Shown here: positions 9,533 through 19,804 of the stretch, in pieces
Numbering within the stretch: the stretch's first letter is position 1
Layout: the number at the start of each line of letters is the position of its first letter
Virus record (IMG/VR): IMGVR_UViG_3300011547_000001
Direction: 5' to 3' (one strand)
From: an uncultured virus (IMG/VR IMGVR_UViG_3300011547_000001)
Lineage: Duplodnaviria; Heunggongvirae; Uroviricota; Caudoviricetes
DNA length: 64,000 bases
Translations under genes and position numbers: made by a program
Notes under the pieces: generated by a model
Seen by the model: only the letters and a program-made list of their open reading frames with translations
The model's database searches: none
Told to the model about the DNA's origin: nothing

Positions 9533-10384
9533 TCAACGGAAGAGCGCAAGCGAGTTGCTGCTGCGAACAACTTGAACCTTTTCGTTGTGATGGTGGCGCT
9601 TCTTGAGGTCATTCACCATGTCCAGGACACGGTTGTGGGCCTCGGTACCAGCAAAGCGTTCCATCATGCCTTCTTTCTTCAGGTCACGCTCGATGACGTA
9701 GAGGAACTCGTCGAACGAAGCGGACATGGCAGCTTCCACATCGGAAACAGCCAGCTGACTGGTCATGAGATCTTCCAGACCCGCGGTACGGTGCTTGCAG
9801 GCATTCAACATGCCTTGCTCGATCACCATATCGTAAGTCGAGAAGTAATCCACCTCACGAACCATCGCGCCGAGCTTGGTCGGCTTGATCACGGTGCGAA
9901 TGCTGAACGCCGTGTTTATGTCCGGATCTTCCAGGCTGTCCTGCATGATCTGCTTGTGGATACCGAACGGGCGAACCTCGATACGGTTGTGAACAGGATC
10001 GTTCACACCACCTGTCATATCCCAGTGGATTTTCCGGATGGAACCACAGACATGAGGCTCCAGAACAGTGCGCAGGCGATGGATCCACTGGAACACGTCG
10101 GTGATCGGGGTCTGAACNNNNNNNNNNTATTCAAAGTAGTACTGAGGCGGGTGCCCCAGCTCGCACTGTACCTGGCCTTCGCTCACACGACGGTTCAGGT
10201 CACTGTCCTCGCGCATGCACTCTTGCACGTACTCGTTGAAACGGTAGCGGATGCCAGCACGGTTCGGGATGTTGAAACCACCAGCATTGATCAGGTAGTA
10301 GATACCACCCGCCATTGGTTTCAGAATACCCCGCTTGCCGCTTTGTGGGAGGATTGTGTTGCCGAAAGACAGAGTCTGGCTCAT
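9533..10384 (-). CDS. Prohead (head maturation) serine protease, phiKZ gp175-like
   Basis: ELGHP catalytic-His motif and AFSIR catalytic-Ser motif. Position near the vRNAP beta gene as in phiKZ-like phages. Contains a 10-N gap. Confidence 0.85.
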   Translation of the reverse strand: MSQTLSFGNTILPQSGKRGILKPMAGGIYYLINAGGFNIPNRAGIRYRFNEYVQECMREDSDLNRRVSEGQVQCELGHPPQYYFEXXXXVQTPITDVFQWIHRLRTVLEPHVCGSIRKIHWDMTGGVNDPVHNRIEVRPFGIHKQIMQDSLEDPDINTAFSIRTVIKPTKLGAMVREVDYFSTYDMVIEQGMLNACKHRTAGLEDLMTSQLAVSDVEAAMSASFDEFLYVIERDLKKEGMMERFAGTEAHNRVLDMVNDLKKRHHHNEKVQVVRSSNSLALFR

Positions 10385-11106
10385 TCCGGCACCCCCTTGA
10401 TAACTTTTTCCATGTCGGTAACTTTCTGGTCGGGGTTAACGATAGCTGCCAACGTGTTGTCCTGAAGCCAGCCGCCTGTCAGTTTGGAGAACGTACCGTC
10501 TACCAGCAAGGCGGAGTTATTGAGCCCCACGATCGCAGGCTCGCGACCTTCGAGCATTGCCTTGCTGTTACGGTAGGGTCTTGTCAGTTCATCAGGATCC
10601 CTGAACATAAACCCGTCATAAACCCGAGTTACCTGAGGAGTGCTACCCACAGGCGCCCCACTCTCGTACTGAGCGTTGTCGAACATACCCGACAACTCCT
10701 CTTTCTTGAGATACCACGGAATGCGCGCGTAGTGCTTAAACTCCAGGTAATACTGGTTCGGCTTGTTGGGGTCTTGAAGAACGGCCAAACTCTCAATGAG
10801 CGTGTCGCCCTTCATAAACTCCATCAAGATGTACTGCTCGCCCTTGATAGAAACCTCGCGGATCGTCAAGGGCAGCAGAGTGAAGTCAGCCAACGCCACA
10901 ATGGGGGCGTAAGCCACCCCCGGAATGACCACCCCGATAACGGCCACCGTCTGAACCTTCTCGCCCACTACGGCCATACCGTTCTCGGTAAAGCGTTTCG
11001 GGATATACAGTTCCAAATCCCGATTCGCCGTTACCGAGTTGTCGGGATTTACGGTGTACGCCTTTCGGATGAGGTCAGCATCATGTTTCAGATTGACCAG
11101 GTCCAT
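10381..11106 (-). CDS. Conserved phiKZ-like core protein (gp176 position)
   Basis: 241 aa, ATGA overlap with the protease gene; synteny. Confidence 0.7.
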   Translation of the reverse strand: MDLVNLKHDADLIRKAYTVNPDNSVTANRDLELYIPKRFTENGMAVVGEKVQTVAVIGVVIPGVAYAPIVALADFTLLPLTIREVSIKGEQYILMEFMKGDTLIESLAVLQDPNKPNQYYLEFKHYARIPWYLKKEELSGMFDNAQYESGAPVGSTPQVTRVYDGFMFRDPDELTRPYRNSKAMLEGREPAIVGLNNSALLVDGTFSKLTGGWLQDNTLAAIVNPDQKVTDMEKVIKGVPE

Positions 11107-11109
11107 GCG

Positions 11110-12645
11110 TTACTCCAGCAGGCGGGAAACGATCAGCTCGATCATGGCAACGTGCAGACGCTCACGCTGGCTACGAACGTTGTCTTCCTCGGCCATGACG
11201 AAGGTAGCGGCGATGAGGTCAGCCGCCATGGTGCAGCCGATAGCCCGCAGGTAGCGAACGACCAGGTTGGTGCTCAGGATGGCCGCAGTACGGTCATCGA
11301 TCCCCACCCCTTCAACCGAGTCGCTACCGGCTACATCAGGGCCATTGGTGCCGCACCGTTCACTGACAATCGCGTAGACCGTGTTCAGTTCGTCGGAGAA
11401 GTTCTTGTACACCCAGTCGTGCAGACTCTGACCGGATTCCAGTTGCTTCTCGATGCGCTCGCGGCGGATTGGATCGGAAGAGAACTTGACAATGGCTTCC
11501 AGTGCACCCTTACGGAACACCACGCGACTTTCTTCAGTCAGCTTGGCGGCGCAGTTCGCGAAGTAGTTCCGCGCGTGCATTGCCGAAGGGGCAACGTCGT
11601 TGATGAAGTCGCTCACGGTCACGTTCTGGCCGGTCAGACGACCGTAGTACATGCCCATCAGGACTTCCTGGAACGAGTGGTTACCCGCCGTGATTTTCTC
11701 CAGCAGCTCATCGGTGTAATACACCTTGAGATCGCCGACCAGGAAAGGAACGTTCTCGAACACGCCACGGTCACCCGATTTCAGGACGACCGGTTCTTTC
11801 TGCTGGATAACCAGACGCTGTGCGCGATACGCCAGGATCAGTTTTTTCAGGTTGAGCAGGTAGACGGTGAAACCATGGAACAGCAGGTTGACGTACTCGC
11901 GGTAGTCGGCCAGCGAACCCGCCTTTAGCCACGGTACTGGATCGTCACAGCTGCGCATCTTGGTCAGGACCACGTACGCCTTCAGCAAGCGCGCGATATC
12001 GACCGACTTGATGGCGGAGAAGTCAAAGGTCCACTTGTCGTCGGACTTGAACGTCTCACGCAGGTCGTAACGTTCGTTGATCGTGCTGACGGCGTAGCTC
12101 AGGCTGCACTCGGGGTTATCGAGCACCGCACAGACTTCCGGGTGGTTGGTGGCCACGAATGCCTTGATGTCGGCGTCCGACGGGTAGTCGAAGGTCAGAC
12201 GTTCCAACTGACCCAGCCCGACAGCCGAATACGAAAGCGTGGTATCAGACGGCGAGGTCGGGAACAACGACGAGTCAAAGAACTTGTCGTCGACATTCAC
12301 GAACTGCACGCTGAAACGGCCGCAGGCGCGATCAGACAACATCTTCGGCGAATAGAGGATGCTGGTGTCTTTTGCGATCAGCTGCGCCAGAGGAGTGCCC
12401 TGGGTGCGGATGGTTTCCTGGGTCTCGCGGATGATCTCAGCGAGACGGGTACTGGAGGCTTCGAGGATGTCGCTGTGGGCGTTGTGCTCGGTGGCGTCGA
12501 GAACCTGTTCACGGAAGATGTCGGGAGTCAGCTGGAAGCCGTTCACCGAGACTTCGTTCAGACCTTGAACGACTGGGCCCGGAACCAGGGTACCGCCGCC
12601 TGCGGCAATCAGTTCACCGATGGCCAGACTGGATTTGCGAATCAT
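11110..12645 (-). CDS. Conserved phiKZ-like core/virion protein (gp177 position)
   Basis: 511-aa ORF in the late operon; synteny. Confidence 0.7.
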   Translation of the reverse strand: MIRKSSLAIGELIAAGGGTLVPGPVVQGLNEVSVNGFQLTPDIFREQVLDATEHNAHSDILEASSTRLAEIIRETQETIRTQGTPLAQLIAKDTSILYSPKMLSDRACGRFSVQFVNVDDKFFDSSLFPTSPSDTTLSYSAVGLGQLERLTFDYPSDADIKAFVATNHPEVCAVLDNPECSLSYAVSTINERYDLRETFKSDDKWTFDFSAIKSVDIARLLKAYVVLTKMRSCDDPVPWLKAGSLADYREYVNLLFHGFTVYLLNLKKLILAYRAQRLVIQQKEPVVLKSGDRGVFENVPFLVGDLKVYYTDELLEKITAGNHSFQEVLMGMYYGRLTGQNVTVSDFINDVAPSAMHARNYFANCAAKLTEESRVVFRKGALEAIVKFSSDPIRRERIEKQLESGQSLHDWVYKNFSDELNTVYAIVSERCGTNGPDVAGSDSVEGVGIDDRTAAILSTNLVVRYLRAIGCTMAADLIAATFVMAEEDNVRSQRERLHVAMIELIVSRLLE

Positions 12646-12815
12646 TACTCACCCCCTTTCTTCAGACGAGCAGTGAGTGCTTTCGCAATCTTCTCATCCT
12701 GGACGGCTTCAGGGAGCGGCGAGATGTACTCCAGCCCCACCTTAGCGATGGTACGTTTCACCAGCTCGGTAACGTTAGCTGCCGTAACGGTGGTTTCGAT
12801 AAACTTGTTCGACAT
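12645..12815 (-). CDS. Small protein (56 aa), below the ORF-track cutoff
   Basis: AAGGAG SD plus ATG at 12815; MSNKFIETTVTAANVTELVKRTIAKVGLEYISPLPEAVQDEKIAKALTARLKKGGE*; TAATG coupling to the next gene. Confidence 0.75.
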   Translation of the reverse strand: MSNKFIETTVTAANVTELVKRTIAKVGLEYISPLPEAVQDEKIAKALTARLKKGGE

Positions 12816-12833
12816 GTGCCGACTCCTTGTGAA

Positions 12834-13748
12834 TTAAACAGGAGCCTGTTCGACAGCACGATTGGCTGGCAGCAGGCCCTTGTAGTATGCGGTGTAGACC
12901 GTGGTGTTGATCTCGCCAACGGTAATGACACCGTCTTTATTGAAATCGAAACCGTTGTTCTGCAAGTAAGACTTGACTTCAATCTTGATGTCAGAGTCTT
13001 TACGGAACAGAATCTCATCAGGCTTCTTGCCAACCGCGGCTGGGTAGAAGATGGTGAGGTAGAAATCTTCCAGGCGGGTGTAACGCTTACCGCGCTTCAT
13101 CCACATCTCGAAGTACTTGAACGCCAGGTCAAGCTGATCCAGCTGGGACATCTTGATGATATCAGCCAGCGGGATACCCAGGTCCTTCGCAGCCATCTCG
13201 CCGAACTGGATCAGACCGTAGTAGTTCGAACCACCGTTGTTGCGCTTGGCAGGATCGAACGTACCGCCAGACTCGAAGTACATGCAGGCCATCAGGGCAT
13301 GCGGTGCCTCAGCCCACAGGTTCCACTTCCTGCACCAGGCACGAACCTTGGCCACGAACTCCGGAGAAACCAGGGCAGACCACGCAGCGCCATAAACAGG
13401 AAGCTTGTTGTACGCGCGGTAGCTGGAGAACACTTTGCTGAAACCAGCATAGGTGTTGGTGCCCAGACCGGAGATGCCATCGACGGCACCAGGGTACAGG
13501 TTGAACAGCTTCAGATTGCTCTGAATGTCCTTGATGCCCTGCAAGGCACCTGCTTCACCGACTGCTTTGCTGATGGCCAGCGGTTTGGTACGACCGCCGT
13601 TGATGCGGTGATGATAGTCGTTGAACAGAGCCAGCGCACCGTCTGAGGTGTTCTTACCCCAAGCACCGTCGATGGTGCCGGGGTAAACCCCGGCCTCCTT
13701 CAACAGAACCTGGATGTCACGCACTGCGTTGAGCATCCGATAGTTCAT
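12834..13748 (-). CDS. Modular endolysin (N-terminal peptidoglycan-binding repeats plus lysozyme-like/lytic transglycosylase domain), EL188-like
   Basis: PG-binding motifs YPGTIDGAWGKNT and YPGAVDGISG; catalytic FESGGTF...GLIQF; FKYFEMWMKRGKRYTRLEDFYLTIF matches my recollection of phage EL gp188. Confidence 0.92.
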   Translation of the reverse strand: MNYRMLNAVRDIQVLLKEAGVYPGTIDGAWGKNTSDGALALFNDYHHRINGGRTKPLAISKAVGEAGALQGIKDIQSNLKLFNLYPGAVDGISGLGTNTYAGFSKVFSSYRAYNKLPVYGAAWSALVSPEFVAKVRAWCRKWNLWAEAPHALMACMYFESGGTFDPAKRNNGGSNYYGLIQFGEMAAKDLGIPLADIIKMSQLDQLDLAFKYFEMWMKRGKRYTRLEDFYLTIFYPAAVGKKPDEILFRKDSDIKIEVKSYLQNNGFDFNKDGVITVGEINTTVYTAYYKGLLPANRAVEQAPV

Positions 13749-16700
13749 TAGTCCTTCCCTCTGTAAATACGGATGAAGTTTTGGGTGACCTGGTAAGTCA
13801 GTTCGTTCGAGGCCAACTTGTCGCGCAAGCTCAGTACCATCCGGTTGAACATACCTTTAAAGCTTGCTTTGACATCGATCTGTCGACCGTCCTTCGTCCA
13901 AATGGCCTTGTCCATGATGTCCCCTACAGTGCCTTTCATCTGGTTGCCCAGTACGAACTTGTCGGCGGTGGTGCTAGGGTCCATCGATTCAACCACGATG
14001 CGGACAGAAACCCGCTCTGGAGGAAGGATAGGCTTGTTGACGGTCATCGAGTTGTTGACCACACCTTTCTTGACCGGATCGGCGATGTCAGCTTTACGAG
14101 CACGTACCGCATCAGCTGCCTTGATGAACTTTTTAAGGCTCGGAGACAGTTGATCTTCAGTGGCGTTGTACTCAACCGAAATGTCGACAATCTTGCCGTG
14201 GTGGTTCGAACGTACCTGCTTGATGCCCAGTCGGTTTACATCAGAAACGAGTTGATTTTCGTCGACCTCGCCACCGAGGTGGCCGTCTTCGTATTCGCAT
14301 AAAATCGCGTCGTAATCAACTTCATCGCCGACTTTAACCTTCCAACTGATGTTCTGGTTGGCGTTCAAACTGAAGCGGTTAGGCTTCAGGTAAGGCGTGA
14401 CCGATTGGTCTGCCAAGTGAGCAGCCACAGCGAGGGAGTCCTCGTAGGTAGTCTCGTCCTCAATGAGCGCTACACGTACCATCATCCCTACTTTCAGAAC
14501 CACCTGCCCAGGGCAGAAGATATCACGCTGGAACCAGGAATCATCCCAACCGATCACATCGCCCGCCTGGAACTTGTCGCCTACCTTCAGGTCAGTCACA
14601 CGGGTGTGGCGGTGCATTTCACCGCTCGCCTCACCAATCTTCAGACCCAGTGGGTATTTGTCAGTTGTCCCATCCTTGTACTTCACGGAGATGTAATCAT
14701 CGCCCATGGCCACCACTTGGCCGTCGTCTTGTGCGATCTTGCTGTACAGCTCGGACGTACGGTGAGCCGCAACGCTGTCGTAGCCAGTGCGGGTAATGTT
14801 CGGACCGTAGTTCGTAGCCGTTACCGCTTGACTCCACTGCGTCGAGGTAAACATCCCCCGCTTAGGGTCGTCCTTGGACATACCGAACGCAAGGTTACCC
14901 GTTACAGAAGACAGACCCGAAATGCTAGGCTTCTCACCCACTGCGATGTTGCCGCTGTAGTCAGAGATCCGTGGGTCACTGGTGGTGTAGGTGACGAAGC
15001 CCACCTTACCACTGTCCTTGTTCGCTTCCGAGAAACACCCCGGTAGCTATCAAGCTGCACGCGCGCACGCTTAACGATCGAGATCTCACCACGGCCACCC
15101 ACACCCCCGAAGGTCACTTCTTCCTGGTCTTTGAGTTGGTGAACGGGGTTCACTTCCTCTACCAAGTTGACGGACGTGTCAGTGATAATTTTCATCGTCA
15201 CTGCTTCTGGGTTGAAGTCGATCTTGTGCTTACGACCTTTACCTTTGTTGCGATACATCCGAATGGCCTTGCACCATTCGCGGTAGATATGCCCTGGGAA
15301 GCGCTCGTAGCCCACCAGGCGCTGTTCTTCCAGTTCTACCTCATGACGACTCCAGTCCGTCATCAACATCTTCGCAGCGTCCAGCAGGAGCCACGGGAAG
15401 GACACCGAGTAACCCAGGCGTTTCAGCTCTGCCTTGGTGATCGGGTCAATGAAGAGGTCGTGCATGTTCTTCATTTCCTGGAACTGCTTAGGACGGACCT
15501 TAGGGTCACCCATCAGCGGAACCCAGACACCCTGGTCGTTCAAGTTGACACGACTGAAGTTGCTGATGTTGTTCAAACGAGGCATCCCACCAAAGATCAG
15601 CGTTGGAAGCTTCTCACGGCGGTTGAAGATCAGATGCTCATCGTTGAAGGTGATTGCGTATTCGTCTTCGCTGAGCTTAGCGCGAGTACCAATCGGGACG
15701 GTGCGGGTAGTTGCTTTGGTAACACTCAGCAGCTTGTCGATGCCGAAGTAGTAGCACAGCACCACACCCAACGGGAACATGTAGCCGCCAATGTTGATAA
15801 CGGCGTATTCCGTAGGTGCTTTCGCAGTGCTGATCCCCAGCTGACCGTCCAGCGTCCCGATGTTCACACCGCCGACGTACAGGTTACCGTAGCTGTCGAT
15901 GGTAATCGGGTCACTGCCTTTAACCCCAATCAGGAAGTCATCAGGCTTGGTGTGCTTGCTGAACTCAGGATGTTCCTTCAACAGTTTTGCAATGTTGAAG
16001 TCCAACGTGAGGTCGCCTGCCTTGATCCATTGGAACTTAGCAGACATGATGGTGTACAGACGAGGAGGGTCGTAGTCACCGTTGAAACTGTCACCCCGGT
16101 TGAACGATACCCCACCATCTTTCTGAGCCGCCCGATGGACGATCTGCTTGATCAGCCATTCGCCCAGGTTATCAACACGCTTTTGGCTACGGCTAACCAT
16201 GAGTTTGATGTCATAGTAGCTGGTGAGTGCAACCTTGAACTTGTTGATTTTCCGGATAGGGCGCTCCATGCGTTGCAGTTGCATGTGACTCTTAACGCCG
16301 TCCACCGTGAACGAGCCGTCTTTGGCCACGCGTGGAACGCGGATGACGTAGGTGCCTTGTTCGCCGTCTACCGGATGGAGCTGAATGGTATAAACGTCGT
16401 AGACACCTTCCACACCATGTACGACTTCATGACGGAAATCGTTGATGGCGATACCGGCGTTCTGCAAGCCCAGGATCATCATCATGGTGTGTTTGTGGAG
16501 GAACTTGTCGGCGTAGCCCTGCTTGAGGACTTTGGCGCGACTACGCAGCATGCTCTTGTCGATAACCACCGGCAGGCGTGCTTTGATCTCAGCGTCAGCC
16601 TTCAGCGTCTTGAGGTCTTCCGGGTTTACCTGGGCGTATTCCTCCATGGTTTGACCGTTGGACAGTTCGATGTGCTTGAACTGGGTACCCTTACGCATGA

Positions 16701-18162
16701 AGAATTGCTGCTCAGCTACCGTCAGGATACCTTCTCGCGCACGCTCTTCCAGAGCAGCGGCGATACCACTTTCGTAGGAAGGGAACGGGTCTTTGTTGGT
16801 GGAGACCTCCGCAACAACCTTCTCTTGTTCGAGGAGACTGTCGTCTACTTCGGAGGTCCATTCTTCAGCGTCTTCAACAGAAGTTCGATCTCCCGATCCT
16901 CCCTCGGTTTCATCAGGTCCGTTGTTAGACTTTTGAACACCAGAGAGAACATCAGCGAGAGAGCGATCATCAGAATTATCTGGCCCAGTGTCAACTTCGC
17001 CAGGAACCGCTCCGACTCGTCCTTGATCGGGCTCTTGCCCTTTTCCTTTCTGAGCTTTCGACGCGCCTCCAGCCACTGCGGGATCTTGCGTTTCTTTTCC
17101 TGCTCCTCCGGCATTTTCATTCTCCTTGATAACTTCCAGCTCCGGAACAGAATCCCGAATCATGTTCATGAACGCCAGGTACACGCGCTTCGATACGTTG
17201 AGGCGTTTTACATGACCAGCCCGGTGACTTATCTGAGGCGGAGTATAGGTCTTACCCTTAGCCTTGGCTTTCTCCTCTTCCTCGGCGTTTTTAGCCGCGG
17301 TCTTCTCGATGTAGCGTTGATCGTAAAGCTCGTCCAGCCAGCTCTTCAGCGTCGCCATGTGGATGACCAGGCAACGACTGTTCGAGACGAAGATGAGATG
17401 GAGGGCTTCCAGCGACTTGGGCGTCAGCTTATTGAAAAGCGAATACTCGTAGTCGCCGAAGAGGAAGGCCAGCATGTCCAGCAGCCAGTACGAGCTTTCT
17501 GCCTTGACCGCCCCAACCATTTGGTTGTTAGGCACCGGCAGACCGTTCTGGAAACTACGGACGTAGTGATCGAAGTCAATGCTCAGATCAGCGAAGCCTG
17601 GCAGGTTGATCGGGAGGTCAATGCGCATGAACTGCTTGCGATCGCCGCGACCCGATTCTTCGTTGATGCCATTCATCATCTGACTGAAATGGTTGTAGTA
17701 CATCTCGTAGTTGACGAACACCGTAGGACGGGGTTGCCACATGCGATTTGTCAAACCATAGTTCTTGACAACGAGGACTTTCTCCTTGTTGTAAACCGTT
17801 CCGATGTTCTGCGTCCACTGGTAGACGTAGTGAGTACCACGATAGGCTTGGATGGCCTTCTTGATCTCAATCGGAAGTGAACGACCACTCCCCATGACGG
17901 GAGTAAAGGTGGAGACGAAATCAATAAAGACTTCGCCGGTGTAGTTGCTGATGAACGCCTCGGAGGTCGATGGACCGTAGTCTTCACCATTACGAGGCAG
18001 GAAGTGGATCAGGCTGTTACGGGGCAACGAGATTTCGCCAATCCCATGGAACTGCGGATTAACCAACTCTTGGCGCTTGCGCTGTACGAAGAAGCGAAAG
18101 AACTCGTTATACGTAACCGCCATTGCCTCCAGTCCAGCGACATCCGACAATGCGGTCGTCAT
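13748..18162 (-). CDS. Virion RNA polymerase beta subunit, N-terminal/major part (phiKZ gp178-like); frameshifted near 15033
   Basis: ORFs 14902-18162 and 13748-15004 join into about 1470 aa through ...GV/xSEANKDSGKVG. Motifs include GSFTVDGVK..MQLQR, VEEVNPVHQLK, YEDS and ADKFVLGNQMKG. Confidence 0.9.
14298..14306 (-). promoter_or_regulatory. Putative late promoter (GATTTTATG) for the endolysin-protease operon
   Basis: Same 9-mer as at 19468 and 37953. phiKZ late promoters carry a TATG core. Confidence 0.4.
16845..17120 (-). CDS. Overprinted single-TM membrane protein nested in the RNAP beta gene; candidate holin/antiholin
   Basis: AAGGAG-A-ATG-AAA-ATG start, basic N-terminus, hydrophobic LTLGQIILMIALSLMFSLVF and genome-preferred codons in the alternative frame. 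Confidence 0.65.
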   Translation of the reverse strand: MKMPEEQEKKRKIPQWLEARRKLRKEKGKSPIKDESERFLAKLTLGQIILMIALSLMFSLVFKSLTTDLMKPREDREIELLLKTLKNGPPK

Positions 18163-19781
18163 GCAAATTCCTCCATGCCGCTTGTGGCGGCCTTAAGCAT
18201 AAACAGAATGGGTTCGCTGATAGGGTCATAGAGGAAACGACCACTGCCAGAAATGTAGTAATCACGCTTGCCGAACAGTTCGCGGACCTGCTCTTTACTG
18301 TCCTCACCGTTCACGCTGTTGCAGTTGAGTTGGTCACCGTCGTGGTCGGAGTCGTAACCGGATTCACGAGAAGGGTCTACCGACATGGCGTCAAAGTAGT
18401 TGTACCGCGCAACCTTGTGAGGGTAGCGCATGCACGTACCGATCTCATTCCACTCACTGTCCATGATGCGGCGACGAGTAGCGCCAGAAATGGTCAGGAG
18501 GTTGGGCAACGCCGGAACGATAGAACCGATACCAATGATCGGGTACCGTGTCTGCTGGCTGAGCTGATCCATGATCGCGGCCTGGCAAGACAGGTAGAAC
18601 AACTCGATGTAGTTGATCGGCGTGACAAACTTGCGGTCCTTACCTTCTGGCAGATCGTTGATGTCGTGGAGGACACAAACCTCTTTGCCATCGTCATAAA
18701 CCAAGGCCAGGTAGTAGCCGTCGATCTTGATGGGCTTGGAACGCAGGTGGACGTTGGAGAAGCCGTTGAACAGTTTGGTCAGGCCAGTGGCCGTGGTCCA
18801 TTTCTCAACGATGTTGGATGACACCTCAACGTATTCCCAGTTGAGGGTCTTCATGTTCACCAACTTGGCCGTTTGCGTCCCCATGGTGAAAATGGAATCC
18901 AGGTACTTGCTCAGCAGCGCGTGGATACAGATCGCTGGGTGGTTGAGCATGGCCTGGTACAGCCCGATGTCGGTGGAGTTGGGGCTAACCCCCGTGGACT
19001 CCGACAGGAAGGGACGACTGACCTTACGTGCAGTAATAACGTTACGCGTACCGTTCTGCACACCCCGAGTAGACACACGGCGCTGGAAGTAACCACCCTT
19101 GCCGTCGAACAGACCGAAGATGTACTGGTCGATGTCCATGTAGGCGCTTTGGATACCCCAGCGTACGGCGTCGTACAGTGGGTTTACTTTGTCGTCGGGT
19201 GTTCCGATGCTGACGCCTCGTGTACGGAAGATGAGCTTTCGGTAGAGTTCGGTGATTTCTGGTTCGACGACTGAACCGTTGGGTTGGAATTGGATATCGC
19301 GGATGCCAGCCGGAGGAACAAGGACTTTGGCAGCAACAGCGACTTCCTTGAAGTTACTAACGAGTTCAACACGTTGCTTCCTCTTGTGAGATTCGTTCAG
19401 CTGGAAGACGAGGTCCTGGAAATGCTCCATAAAGAAAGCAAAACCGGTCTGACCTTCGATCATGTTGGATTTTATGAAATCCTTCGCCTTGGCATCCCAT
19501 ACGGCGTATTCCGCGCCTTTAAGAATTCCGAGGTACAGCCCTTTCAATTGAATCAGGGCTTTTAGGTAAGTTGGGTTGAAAATATCCAGCTTGGTGTCGA
19601 TGTACGCTTCAGTGCGTTCTCGCTCAGTACTACCCAGCTTACCGAAGATGTCAATCGAGTACAGCCCCTTTTCATCAAGGTTCTGCGTCATGCCTTCGAA
19701 AGCGTCGGTAGAGGTAATCTGTTTGAAAACACCCGGTACTACCTTTCGAAAGTCCAACAACGATAGGTTAGTCGGTTTCAT
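18159..19781 (-). CDS. Virion RNA polymerase beta' subunit (phiKZ gp180-like)
   Basis: GLYSIDIFG, GTRNVITA, TRYPI and the metal-binding DSDHDGD motif. Start MKPTNL at 19781. Confidence 0.92.
   Translation of the reverse strand: MKPTNLSLLDFRKVVPGVFKQITSTDAFEGMTQNLDEKGLYSIDIFGKLGSTERERTEAYIDTKLDIFNPTYLKALIQLKGLYLGILKGAEYAVWDAKAKDFIKSNMIEGQTGFAFFMEHFQDLVFQLNESHKRKQRVELVSNFKEVAVAAKVLVPPAGIRDIQFQPNGSVVEPEITELYRKLIFRTRGVSIGTPDDKVNPLYDAVRWGIQSAYMDIDQYIFGLFDGKGGYFQRRVSTRGVQNGTRNVITARKVSRPFLSESTGVSPNSTDIGLYQAMLNHPAICIHALLSKYLDSIFTMGTQTAKLVNMKTLNWEYVEVSSNIVEKWTTATGLTKLFNGFSNVHLRSKPIKIDGYYLALVYDDGKEVCVLHDINDLPEGKDRKFVTPINYIELFYLSCQAAIMDQLSQQTRYPIIGIGSIVPALPNLLTISGATRRRIMDSEWNEIGTCMRYPHKVARYNYFDAMSVDPSRESGYDSDHDGDQLNCNSVNGEDSKEQVRELFGKRDYYISGSGRFLYDPISEPILFMLKAATSGMEEFA
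19468..19476 (+). promoter_or_regulatory. Putative late promoter (GATTTTATG) for the tail hydrolase gene, antisense inside beta'
   Basis: TATG-core motif about 330 nt upstream of ATG 19805; the intergenic space is too short to hold a promoter. Confidence 0.4.
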
Positions 19782-19804
19782 GATTGACCTACAGGAGTAA
19801 AGAG

